Virus genome (UHGV): UHGV-0175797
Length of the DNA stretch: 23,684 bases
Reading direction: 5' to 3' (one strand)
Origin: a virus
The number at the start of each line of letters is the position of its first letter. Positions within the stretch are counted from its first letter, which is position 1. The notes under the pieces are model-generated. The model was not told where the DNA came from. It worked only from the letters and a program-made list of their open reading frames with translations, and made no database searches. The position numbers were made by a program, and so were the translations under genes. Shown in pieces: positions 1 through 7,953 of the stretch.

Positions 1-1777
1 CGAACGCCTCAATGCCCTGACTGAAAACCAGCGCCAGGTGGCTGATGCACGAATCGCGATCGTCAGCGAAGTTCTGAAAGTCGCGCAACAACCTGGTTTC
101 AGCTGTGCGAAGGCTATCCGGTTTATCGTTGACAACCTGGCACGTTCGCAACTGGACGAGCGCATTGTGGCAATGGTTGAGACGGCGAACGCCAAAAAGG
201 GAAACAGCCGTGCGTTGAGTGAAATCACGCTGAAACGCTGGATTGCGGCCTTTAACAAGGCACAGAACGCCGCTGAACGCCTGCTTTTACTGGCACCGGG
301 TAAACGCCAGGAAATAAAAGCCGAAGATATTAACTGGCTGCCCGAATTTCTGGCGCAGTATCGCCAGTCAAACGGCCGACCAATGACCGAGGCTTACGAG
401 GATTTTGTTGCTGAATGGCAGCACCGGCACGCTGATGAGCCTTATATGCTCGATATCATGCCCTCTTATGACACCATTCGCCGCGCAATGAAGAAACTGC
501 CGGAAGTGGTGAAACAAAAAGGCCGGGTAACTGGCAGTGAATACCGTCAGCTTGAGGGATTCACGCGCCGCGACTGGTCCAGAATGCCGGTGAATTATGT
601 CTGGATTGGTGACGGTCACGGCATGAAGCTGAAATGCGCGCACCCGGTTCACGGGCGGCCATTCGCACCGGAAGTGACCTTTGTTATCGACGGTGGCACG
701 CGCTTTGTGGTGGGCTGGAGCCTTGACCTGGCTGAAAATGTTTTCGCCGTAGCCGGTGCCATACAGCACGGTATTCGCCATCATGGCAAACCGTTTCTGT
801 ATTACTCGGATAATGGCTCCGGGGAAACCGCCGACGTCCTGGATAAGGAGATTGTGGGGATACTGCCACGACTGGGGATTAATCACCCGACAGGGATTGC
901 CGGTAATCCGCAGGGACGGGGCATTATCGAACGGCTTAACCGCACATTACCGATGCGCATAGCCCGTAAATACCGCACCTATTTCGGGAAAGGAGCAGAT
1001 CGCGAGACGTTACGTAAAACCAACCGCGATTTACGCTCGGCATTCAGTGCCCTGCAACAGGGCAAACGGCTGAACGCCCGGCAGCAGTCAGCGATGCGTG
1101 ATTTACCGTCCTGGTCTGAACTGATTGATGCCATTCGTGACGGTGTTGAGTGGTACAACAACCGGCCGCACGATGAATTACCCATGAAGCCGAACGGTAA
1201 ACATTACAGCCCGGCGGAGTTCAGAAAAAAACGCCTGGCGGAAGAGGACACGGAAATTGAATGGCTGTCCGATGTTGAACTGCGGGATATGTTCCGGCCG
1301 ATGGTGGAGCGCCCTGTAAGACGCTGTGAAATACGCTGGCTGAATAATATTTACTACGCGCCCGAGCTGCGTGACGAGCATGGCCGTAAGGTACTTATCA
1401 GCTATGACATTCATGATGCCGAACGAATTACCGTGCGCCGCCCGGATGGCAGCGTGATTTGCGAGGCGGTATGGGACGGCAATAAACGCGAAGCCTTCCC
1501 TGTCAGCGCGGAATACTACAAACAGCAGCAGCGCCTTAAAGGCATGCGTAAACGCGCAGAGGAAAAAATCCGTGATGCCGAGGATGAGGTTGTCAACGTG
1601 CTGGAGCACAAGCCGCAGGAGCCCTGGCTGGAAAACATATACCGCCCTGTGGGTAATACGGTGACCGTTCAGCAACCGGTCGCTGACGATGAACCTGATG
1701 AAGAATACGAGCGTAATTTCCAGCGGGGATTGCAACTGCTCGAAGCGAAATTAAAAGAAAGTGATCCGCTGGCCTGA
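1..1777 (+). CDS. Mu-type DDE transposase (MuA family), 5' end lies outside the window
   Basis: The reading frame is open from base 2 with no stop, so track ORF 38..1777 is only the first in-window start. Core motifs resemble the MuA catalytic core (WIGDGHGMKLKC, YYSDNGSGE) and the C-terminus has a Mu-like acidic tail (DDEPDEEYERNFQRGLQLLE). Immediately followed by a MuB-like gene. Confidence 0.85.
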   Translation, partial: ERLNALTENQRQVADARIAIVSEVLKVAQQPGFSCAKAIRFIVDNLARSQLDERIVAMVETANAKKGNSRALSEITLKRWIAAFNKAQNAAERLLLLAPGKRQEIKAEDINWLPEFLAQYRQSNGRPMTEAYEDFVAEWQHRHADEPYMLDIMPSYDTIRRAMKKLPEVVKQKGRVTGSEYRQLEGFTRRDWSRMPVNYVWIGDGHGMKLKCAHPVHGRPFAPEVTFVIDGGTRFVVGWSLDLAENVFAVAGAIQHGIRHHGKPFLYYSDNGSGETADVLDKEIVGILPRLGINHPTGIAGNPQGRGIIERLNRTLPMRIARKYRTYFGKGADRETLRKTNRDLRSAFSALQQGKRLNARQQSAMRDLPSWSELIDAIRDGVEWYNNRPHDELPMKPNGKHYSPAEFRKKRLAEEDTEIEWLSDVELRDMFRPMVERPVRRCEIRWLNNIYYAPELRDEHGRKVLISYDIHDAERITVRRPDGSVICEAVWDGNKREAFPVSAEYYKQQQRLKGMRKRAEEKIRDAEDEVVNVLEHKPQEPWLENIYRPVGNTVTVQQPVADDEPDEEYERNFQRGLQLLEAKLKESDPLA

Positions 1778-1859
1778 AATAAAAAAATAACCCGAGGGGT
1801 GACTCAGGTTATTTGAGGTTTCAGTCTCGGAGAATGCTGTCTCAAGCGAGGTGAATAAT

Positions 1860-2792
1860 ATGACCGATATTAACGATGTAATCAAGACCATTGATGAACT
1901 TATTGATGGCGGCGTACTGACGCAGTATGCCATCGCCAGAGAGGCGGGAATTTCCGACGGCACATTATCGGCTTTCCGTAAGGGAAAATATAAAGGCGAT
2001 AACGCTGCTGTGGCTGCTTCCCTGCGCTCCTGGTATGAGAACTGGAATAAACAAAGCGCACTGCCGGAACCGCCGCAGTTTGTGGAAACTCAGACAGTCC
2101 AGGAGCTGCGCGCACTGTTTCAGGCGGTTCGCCTGATGGGCTGTATTAACGTTATTGTGGGCGTACCGGGTGTGGGTAAAACGGCCACTGCCCGTAATTA
2201 CTGCCAGGAGCAACCAAACACCTGGATGATCACCCTGTCACCCGCGCACTCCAGCGTCACGGAGTGTCTGCTGGAGCTGGCCGATGCGCTGGGGATTGAT
2301 TACACCCGCGCGAACAAAGGGGCATTATCCCGCGCCATCCGCCGTCGCCTGACGGGAACGCGTGGACTGGTGATTGTGGATGAGGCGGATCATCTTGGTA
2401 TTGACGGTCTGGAGCAACTCCGGGCAATTCAGGACGCCACGGGGATCGGGATGGTGCTTATTGGTAACCCGCGCGGATTGTTTAAAGGTGGACGCCGCGC
2501 CTTTGATGATTTATCGCGCCTGTTCAGCCGTCTTGCCCGTACAAAACAACTTCGCAAGGCCAAAAAGGCGGATGTGCTGGCCATTGCCAGGGCATGGGGT
2601 ATCAGTGGTGAGGCCGAGCTGGCCGTCATGCAGGCTATCGCTGAAAAGCCGGGAGCATTACGTGTTCTGACACATACGCTTAACCAGGCGTGGCTCACCG
2701 CCAGCGGTGAAGGCGCGGCGCTGACAGAAAAACATATTAATGCGGCCTTTAAAGAGGTTTATACCAACCCTGAATTACTCTCACAGGTGTGA
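1860..2792 (+). CDS. MuB-type transposition ATPase (AAA+, target DNA capture)
   Basis: Walker A GVPGVGKT and Walker B LVIVDEADHL; N-terminal HTH-like segment; about 310 aa, directly downstream of the transposase as in Mu. ATG 1860 is preferred over GTG 1851 because GAGGTG lies 6-8 nt upstream. Confidence 0.88.
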   Translation: MTDINDVIKTIDELIDGGVLTQYAIAREAGISDGTLSAFRKGKYKGDNAAVAASLRSWYENWNKQSALPEPPQFVETQTVQELRALFQAVRLMGCINVIVGVPGVGKTATARNYCQEQPNTWMITLSPAHSSVTECLLELADALGIDYTRANKGALSRAIRRRLTGTRGLVIVDEADHLGIDGLEQLRAIQDATGIGMVLIGNPRGLFKGGRRAFDDLSRLFSRLARTKQLRKAKKADVLAIARAWGISGEAELAVMQAIAEKPGALRVLTHTLNQAWLTASGEGAALTEKHINAAFKEVYTNPELLSQV

Positions 2793-2794
2793 TT

Positions 2795-3016
2795 ATGGCG
2801 GTATTTAATATTCCTGATATTTACGGACGCTTTTACCTGGTTAATTTCGATAACGTGAAGGTGATTTCACTGGCCGAAAATAAAGCATGTGGCGATTTAC
2901 TTTTTGAATTTAATGACCGCACACGAATGGTGATATCTGCCGGACTTGATCGCGAAGGTGCGACAGAAGTTTACAGCGGAATATGCCGTTCTGTTGGTGC
3001 GAAACAAGTCAGCTAA
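2795..3016 (+). CDS. hypothetical small early protein (73 aa), occupies the kil-like position after B
   Basis: ORF starts 2 nt after the B stop, preceded by AGGTG; AT-richer than the backbone. No recognisable motif. Confidence 0.5.
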   Translation: MAVFNIPDIYGRFYLVNFDNVKVISLAENKACGDLLFEFNDRTRMVISAGLDREGATEVYSGICRSVGAKQVS

Positions 3017-3028
3017 ATGAGGTGTTAT

Positions 3029-3283
3029 ATGAATATGCAATCCTGCGGTAACAAAATGAATTTATTCGACTCCCTGAACAGCGCGCGCCGTCTGACCGAA
3101 CTTGCCGGTGCGGTACTGGAACGCAGTAAGCGCTATCCGCAACGTTTTGCACTGAAAACCACGCCGCCGGTAGGCAACGTGCAGGGAACCGGTGAAATTG
3201 AAATCACCATACAGACCAACGGCCTGCGCCGCCGTGTGAAGGCCACCCGCATCAGCGGCTGCACGGTTTACTGGGAGGTGTGA
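3029..3283 (+). CDS. hypothetical small early protein
   Basis: ORF with GAGGTG just upstream; the start is ambiguous between ATG 3017, 3029 and 3035. No recognisable motif. Confidence 0.45.
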   Translation: MNMQSCGNKMNLFDSLNSARRLTELAGAVLERSKRYPQRFALKTTPPVGNVQGTGEIEITIQTNGLRRRVKATRISGCTVYWEV

Positions 3284-3284
3284 G

Positions 3285-3566
3285 GTGAAAAAAAATCTCA
3301 TTGCATGGGCGTGGTCGAGTGGTCTTATTGAGTTTGGTTACGTCCTGCCGGAAGGTGCATTGCCGATAGTTGCCGGAAAGCCCGCCACGGTACGGCATGT
3401 GATTGATGTTGTGGCGCGTCATGGACGCGATGAACAGGAACAGCTACTGGTTCCTGGAATACCGGAAGCGGTGACGGAAGAAGAAGCCTTTAATGCCATG
3501 GTTCAGTTCTGCCGTGAGGTCAGACGCCGGGTCAGTTATCCAAACAGAACGAGGGCCAGAGGATGA
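3285..3566 (+). CDS. hypothetical early protein (93 aa, GTG start)
   Basis: GTG start preceded by GGGAGGTG; the stop overlaps the next start (ATGA), indicating translational coupling. Confidence 0.5.
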   Translation: MKKNLIAWAWSSGLIEFGYVLPEGALPIVAGKPATVRHVIDVVARHGRDEQEQLLVPGIPEAVTEEEAFNAMVQFCREVRRRVSYPNRTRARG

Positions 3567-3835
3567 GTAAAGTCGTGCGCATTATTTTCGAATACAAGGA
3601 GGACGTTATCCGTAAAAACGCTGATGGAACAGTGCACATGGGGGTAAGTCTGGATATACGTTCAACCGGAATAAAGCAGAAAAATGATAGCCCCGCCATG
3701 ATTTTTGGGGTGGTTATGCTGGCAGAAAGCAGAAACTTCGCAGAGCTTGTGGCAATGAAAGCCAGTGCATTCATGAAAGACAGGGGCATGGCTTCCGGGG
3801 TTATTAACGGTAATGAATTTAATCAGCAGGGGTAA
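3563..3835 (+). CDS. hypothetical early protein (90 aa), paralogue A of a tandem pair
   Basis: N-terminus MSKVVRIIFEY is shared with the next gene (MSKVRVIFEF); contains a hydrophobic stretch AMIFGVVMLA. Confidence 0.5.
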   Translation: MSKVVRIIFEYKEDVIRKNADGTVHMGVSLDIRSTGIKQKNDSPAMIFGVVMLAESRNFAELVAMKASAFMKDRGMASGVINGNEFNQQG

Positions 3836-3839
3836 TTCC

Positions 3840-4133
3840 ATGAGCAAAGTACGCGTTATTTTTGAATTTGAGCATGTTTCGCATGACGAAAAACCGGCAG
3901 GCAATGACAGTGTTGAAGTGCATGAAAAGATTGGTGTGGATGTAAAAACAGAACGTGATACGGATAACAGGCCGACGTCACTCTGTGACGTTTATGCAAG
4001 TATTCTCCAGTATCACAGTCCTGAAATTATTCAGTTTCTCTCAGCGGAATTTCAGGCATCTGTACAGGCTTTTGGGGCGGATGCCATCATTAAACGCCAC
4101 CGCGTGCATAAAGCATCAGGCACACTGCAATAA
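3840..4133 (+). CDS. hypothetical early protein (97 aa), paralogue B of a tandem pair
   Basis: ATG 3840 is preferred over 3813 (which would overlap the previous gene by 23 nt); AGGGG lies upstream. N-terminus is paralogous to 3563..3835. Confidence 0.5.
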   Translation: MSKVRVIFEFEHVSHDEKPAGNDSVEVHEKIGVDVKTERDTDNRPTSLCDVYASILQYHSPEIIQFLSAEFQASVQAFGADAIIKRHRVHKASGTLQ

Positions 4134-4144
4134 GGAAAAACAAA

Positions 4145-4675
4145 ATGGCTAAACGCGTTACAAAATTAAAGGCCGCAGCCGAGGCAGCACCGCAGACCCG
4201 TGAAGAGGTCAGCCGCGATATCCGACGCTTTGGGGATATGCAGCGTGAGGCACTACGCCTGGAAACGGCGATGAATGACGAAGTGGCAGAAATCACCGCC
4301 CGTTATACGCCGCAGATTGAAAACCTTAAAAAAGAAATCAAAGTGCTTTTTAAGGGGATTCATGACTGGTGTAAAACCAACCGCAATGAGCTGACGAACG
4401 GCGGCGAAACCAAAACAGCCAATCTGACCACCGGAACGGTGTCATGGCGGCTGGGAACGCCATCATGCAGCGTCAGCCGTGATGTGGAAGGCGTGATTGA
4501 AATGCTGCGCCGTATGGGCCTTGAGCGCTTCATCCGCACGAAAGAGGAAGTGAATAAGCAAGCTGTCCTGGCGGAGCCAGATGCGGTGAAGGGCATTGCC
4601 GGTATAAAGGTGAATAAAGGCGCTGAAAGTTTTTATGTCGAGCCTTTTGAACAGGACGCCGGACTGAATAAATAA
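4145..4675 (+). CDS. gam: Gam-like host-nuclease inhibitor (Mu Gam / Ku-like dsDNA-end-binding protein)
   Basis: 176 aa; matches Mu Gam as I remember it along most of its length (MAK...LKAAA, DI+R+GD+QREA RLET MND+AEIT, ELTNGG..KTANL.TG.VSWR, L+RFIRTK+E+NK A+L EP AV G+AGI V.G E F + PFEQ). Same relative position as in Mu. Confidence 0.85.
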   Translation: MAKRVTKLKAAAEAAPQTREEVSRDIRRFGDMQREALRLETAMNDEVAEITARYTPQIENLKKEIKVLFKGIHDWCKTNRNELTNGGETKTANLTTGTVSWRLGTPSCSVSRDVEGVIEMLRRMGLERFIRTKEEVNKQAVLAEPDAVKGIAGIKVNKGAESFYVEPFEQDAGLNK

Positions 4676-4772
4676 CACCGCATTAAATCTTTAAATATCA
4701 CATCGTGTTAATTATGGCGCTCGCGTCAGGGGACTGCCTGCGCCTGTAAACTGAAAATAAGGAACAGGAAAT

Positions 4773-5315
4773 ATGGCATATTTTTATTTCAAATTAGACA
4801 TAGTGTACACAAATAAATATTTAACCGAATATCAGCGGGATGTTTTACCGCTACGCAACAGTATTCTTCGGGCATTACTGAAAAATACAGGCGCTGCCGG
4901 ATTGCGCTTAAAGCCGTTCGCCATGGACGTAATCAGTGAGTTTTATTTTTCTGGTTCTCTGCCTGCGGGCTGGCGTAAGCGCGATGATGTGGCTTTTATC
5001 GGGGACGGACCGTGCTTTATTGCCAGACCTGATGAGTCATGCCCTGAAGGTCCGGCGATTGCCGCAATGATTGAAACCGCTGAACGTGAGTTAAGAAAGC
5101 GTCCTGATTTCCTTGTCTGGCTCTGTGAAAAGCTGGGGGTAATGAGAATCCCCTCCATGTTTAACACGGACTCCTGGTGGACCCCGTCGCTCTCCCGTGA
5201 TGCCCTGTGCGTGGTGTTTAAAGTAGGCGCTTATGGCAGGGAAATAAAAGGGGGTATTCCTGAAGAATGCCAGGAAATTAAACATTCTGAATATGTGGCG
5301 CTGACGGAGGAATAA
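4773..5315 (+). CDS. hypothetical protein (180 aa)
   Basis: ORF with AAGGAACAGG RBS; AT-rich 5' part; first of three translationally coupled genes. Confidence 0.55.
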   Translation: MAYFYFKLDIVYTNKYLTEYQRDVLPLRNSILRALLKNTGAAGLRLKPFAMDVISEFYFSGSLPAGWRKRDDVAFIGDGPCFIARPDESCPEGPAIAAMIETAERELRKRPDFLVWLCEKLGVMRIPSMFNTDSWWTPSLSRDALCVVFKVGAYGREIKGGIPEECQEIKHSEYVALTEE

Positions 5316-5318
5316 TTC

Positions 5319-5852
5319 ATGATTGATGCAAAAGTGCTTGAAGGGGTTAAAAGCTGGCTGCGTTTTTCTGGCCGTCTGACCAGTCGTTCTCTGGCAGAAA
5401 AAATGAATATGCCGCTATCCTCCATGGTTTATTTTCTGCGTGATGCGGTCGATGCCGGGGTGCTGACGGACCGTAACGGTTTTTATGATATTCCGCGTCC
5501 CCGCCCGGTGCAGGCGGTTCGTCGCAAATGCAGCCAGGAAGGTGCGGCTGATGATGTTCAGTGGTGCAGCTTCAGAAAATCCCTGCCGTGGATTGAGGGG
5601 CATGATATTCCGTCGATGGCGTGGGAATTTGCTCAGGGAGTACTGACCTGCGAAACCGTTTATGTGGTGGCTGAAGTTGATGAGCAGGCCATGAAAGAAG
5701 GCGTGCCCCAGTTTGTGATGGCGTATATCGACATTCGCCTGGGCGTCATTATCTGCGGCTTAAGCGGCTGGAACATCACCGGGCGCGTTCTGCGTTACCT
5801 GATTATTGACCGGACAGCGGCATCGGCAGGGATATCTGCGGAGGTGGCGTAA
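5319..5852 (+). CDS. hypothetical protein with N-terminal winged-HTH-like segment (177 aa)
   Basis: Starts 3 nt after the previous stop; the segment SLAEKMNMPLSSMVYFLRDAVDAGVL looks like a wHTH; its stop overlaps the next start (TAATG). Confidence 0.55.
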   Translation: MIDAKVLEGVKSWLRFSGRLTSRSLAEKMNMPLSSMVYFLRDAVDAGVLTDRNGFYDIPRPRPVQAVRRKCSQEGAADDVQWCSFRKSLPWIEGHDIPSMAWEFAQGVLTCETVYVVAEVDEQAMKEGVPQFVMAYIDIRLGVIICGLSGWNITGRVLRYLIIDRTAASAGISAEVA

Positions 5853-6367
5853 TGTTCTTTAAAACATCAAACCCTTCCGCGCTGGCTGCGTGGCAAAAAT
5901 ACCAGCAGGACTGCCAGAAAGTTAAGGATGAGGCAAAACGCCTTGAGGCCGTGCTGAATGTTGCGTGCCGGTCGGTATTTGTATCCGGTATCAGTGGATT
6001 TTGCTTTAAGGGACTGCGTTTTACGGAGGACAAATATCCTTTTCATCGCGACTTATGGCGAAAACCGACTGCGTCGAATGGCTGGAGCTGCACACCGCGC
6101 ACATCACGTATCCCTAAAACCCTGCGTGTTGCCTCTGATGAACTGAACAGTCTGTGGCGTGAATATTCGCCCGTCACGTATGCCAGAACCGATGCGCTGT
6201 TGTTCTGGCTGGGTATTGATTTCTCGGCAATCCTGTTTGGCCCTGTGAAGTGGTTCTGCGTTGACGATGTGATTTACCTTCAGTGCGGCGTAAAACCCGC
6301 AAAACAGAAAATGACCGAAATACTGTCTGATGAGTTTTATGCTGCTGAAAAGCGAGTCAGGGGGTGA
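5852..6367 (+). CDS. hypothetical protein (171 aa)
   Basis: Translationally coupled to both neighbours. No recognisable motif. Confidence 0.55.
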   Translation: MFFKTSNPSALAAWQKYQQDCQKVKDEAKRLEAVLNVACRSVFVSGISGFCFKGLRFTEDKYPFHRDLWRKPTASNGWSCTPRTSRIPKTLRVASDELNSLWREYSPVTYARTDALLFWLGIDFSAILFGPVKWFCVDDVIYLQCGVKPAKQKMTEILSDEFYAAEKRVRG

Positions 6368-6370
6368 TGC

Positions 6371-6922
6371 ATGATGAAATTACAACCCATGGGACTAAAA
6401 GGTCGCGCCCCCGCTCATGTCCGTCCGTGGACACCTGAAGAAGATGCGCTGCTGATTGCGCTTTATTCATCCACCCCGGTTAAGGATATTGCTGCCAGAA
6501 TAAAAAGAACTGTCTGGGCTGTATATAACCGGACTGGTGTATTGCGCAGTTCATACCCGGAGTTACTGAAATATAAACACCCAAGATTTACACCTGATGA
6601 AGATAAGTTTATTCGAAAAAATGCCAGAACAATGACCTGCCAGCAAATGGGAGAATATCTCGGACGTAATAAAGATTCTGTCAGATGTCGGGCAGGAATG
6701 ATTGGTGCTGGATTAACAAAGTGCGGAGAGTTACGCCCCGGCACGCGCATATCTGATGATGATGTACGTCTTATACGTGCGCTGCGTGATTCCGATTACC
6801 CACGCCGTCTGTCATTCCGGGAAATTGGCGAAAAGTTTGGAATATCTGAACATTCTGCTCACGCAGTTTATTACCGTCGCCGGACTGCCGAGGACGCTGT
6901 ATTACGGGAGTTAACGCCATGA
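6371..6922 (+). CDS. DNA-binding protein with two Myb/SANT-like repeats and a C-terminal HTH
   Basis: Internal duplication: WTPEEDALLIALYSS...IAARIKRTVWAVYNRTGVL and FTPDEDKFIRKNARTMTCQQMGEYLGRNKDSVRCRAGMIG (SANT/Myb-type signature W/F-T-x-E/D-E-D ... R-T/N ... R), followed by LSFREIGEKFGISEHSAHAVYYRR. Confidence 0.6.
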   Translation: MMKLQPMGLKGRAPAHVRPWTPEEDALLIALYSSTPVKDIAARIKRTVWAVYNRTGVLRSSYPELLKYKHPRFTPDEDKFIRKNARTMTCQQMGEYLGRNKDSVRCRAGMIGAGLTKCGELRPGTRISDDDVRLIRALRDSDYPRRLSFREIGEKFGISEHSAHAVYYRRRTAEDAVLRELTP

Positions 6923-7251
6923 TAACGACCTTATTTGTTGAATCAGATGAACCTCTTGTGTGTGCCGCCGGAATGCCGCTCTGTGGCGGAACGCTGACCG
7001 GCGTTTATTTCGGGGATTTGCGCGGTTATCCCTGGCATTCACTGGATGACGCATTTCCGCCTGATATGGAGGCTGTCGTGCTGATTGTTCAGTATGGTGA
7101 CCAACAGGAACTGCGCATCGGCCATATGGGGTATGAAGGCTTTTTTATTGATGAAGAAACCGGAGCCTGCCTTGAAGATGAGGACGGACAGGTGACGCAC
7201 TGGTGCCATCTTTCGGCCTTGCCGGAATTACAGGGGATACATAATGGATGA
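6919..7251 (+). CDS. DUF551-like acidic phage protein (110 aa)
   Basis: C-terminal motif VTHWCHLSALPEL resembles the THWMPLPEPP signature of DUF551; the start overlaps the previous stop (ATGA). Confidence 0.5.
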   Translation: MITTLFVESDEPLVCAAGMPLCGGTLTGVYFGDLRGYPWHSLDDAFPPDMEAVVLIVQYGDQQELRIGHMGYEGFFIDEETGACLEDEDGQVTHWCHLSALPELQGIHNG

Positions 7252-7387
7252 GCAAATTGTTGAATGTCCCACCTGTGGAAATGAGGACCCGGAGTATCTG
7301 AAAGAGTGCCCACATTGTGGTGAGATAAAATGTAACCACTGCGATATGGGCGACGACACTGCATGTATAAATTGTGAGGATGAATAA
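7244..7387 (+). CDS. small zinc-ribbon protein (47 aa, four CxxC motifs); absent from the ORF track because it is under 60 aa
   Basis: ATG 7244 overlaps the previous gene's 3' end. Translation MDEQIVECPTCGNEDPEYLKECPHCGEIKCNHCDMGDDTACINCEDE has CPTC, CPHC, CNHC and CINC. Stop TAA at 7385-7387 is followed 1 nt later by the next ATG. Confidence 0.45.
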   Translation: MDEQIVECPTCGNEDPEYLKECPHCGEIKCNHCDMGDDTACINCEDE

Positions 7388-7388
7388 T

Positions 7389-7676
7389 ATGGAAAAAGAA
7401 ATCAAATTTGCGCCTAAATCTATCGACGAAGAACTGGCTAAAATCGGCATGCTTGAACGTATGCGGGACATTATCGAATATGCGATAAAAGAAAATCTTG
7501 CAGCCAGAGAAGCCCTTTTGATAATGGAGCGGGAGATTAACCTGATTAAGGATGCTGTATCTCTGGATAATAAAATAGCCCGCGAGGAATACGTTCGCCG
7601 CAGGCTCGGTGTTGATGGTTCAGCAATTCTTACATCTGAACATTATGCAAAAATTTTTAATCTTTTTCAGCGGTAA
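7389..7676 (+). CDS. hypothetical helical protein (95 aa) in a low-GC segment
   Basis: ATG 7389 is coupled to the preceding stop; the region is AT-rich; the 3' end overlaps a convergent minus-strand ORF by 20 nt. Confidence 0.5.
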   Translation: MEKEIKFAPKSIDEELAKIGMLERMRDIIEYAIKENLAAREALLIMEREINLIKDAVSLDNKIAREEYVRRRLGVDGSAILTSEHYAKIFNLFQR

Positions 7677-7896
7677 TCCCCATACAGGCCCGGAGATTGT
7701 CGAAATGCCAGTCGGTATTAATATATGAGCCATCCTGGATATCTTCTGTATTTTCCGGGGTAGAGTTTTTTTGAGCGAGATTGATAATATGTATTGCCTC
7801 CTCACGGGAAATCAGCCCCTTATCGAACAGGGTTACCATAAGATTTCCAGCCATTGTGAATGCGGCAACATCAAGTGCATTTTTTATATCTGACAT
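7657..7896 (-). CDS. hypothetical small protein (79 aa), reverse-oriented low-GC gene inside the early operon
   Basis: Minus-strand ATG at 7896 with AAGGA about 9 nt upstream; AT-rich; convergent with and antisense to the early operon. Confidence 0.45.
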   Translation of the reverse strand: MSDIKNALDVAAFTMAGNLMVTLFDKGLISREEAIHIINLAQKNSTPENTEDIQDGSYINTDWHFDNLRACMGITAEKD

Positions 7897-7924
7897 AGAT
7901 TTTTCCTTTTATGTTAATTGACAT

Positions 7925-7953
7925 GGCGGTGCGGTAACACCGCCCATTTTTTA
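7925..7953 (+). terminator. rho-independent terminator-like hairpin (GGCGGTG-cggtaa-CACCGCC followed by CATTTTTTAT)
   Basis: 7-bp GC-rich perfect stem with a 6-nt loop and a T-tract on the + strand, located between the low-GC cassette and the gemA-like gene. Confidence 0.55.

Noticed and set aside
368-1735. Minus-strand ORFs (172 and 185 aa) inside the transposase gene
   Set aside because: Fully embedded antisense to a confidently identified transposase; no start context; typical spurious ORFs of GC-rich coding sequence.
7918-7923. TTGACA hexamer upstream of the gemA-like gene as a sigma-70 -35 box
   Set aside because: No acceptable -10 hexamer at 16-19 bp spacing; the site is immediately followed by the terminator hairpin, so a promoter call is not supported.
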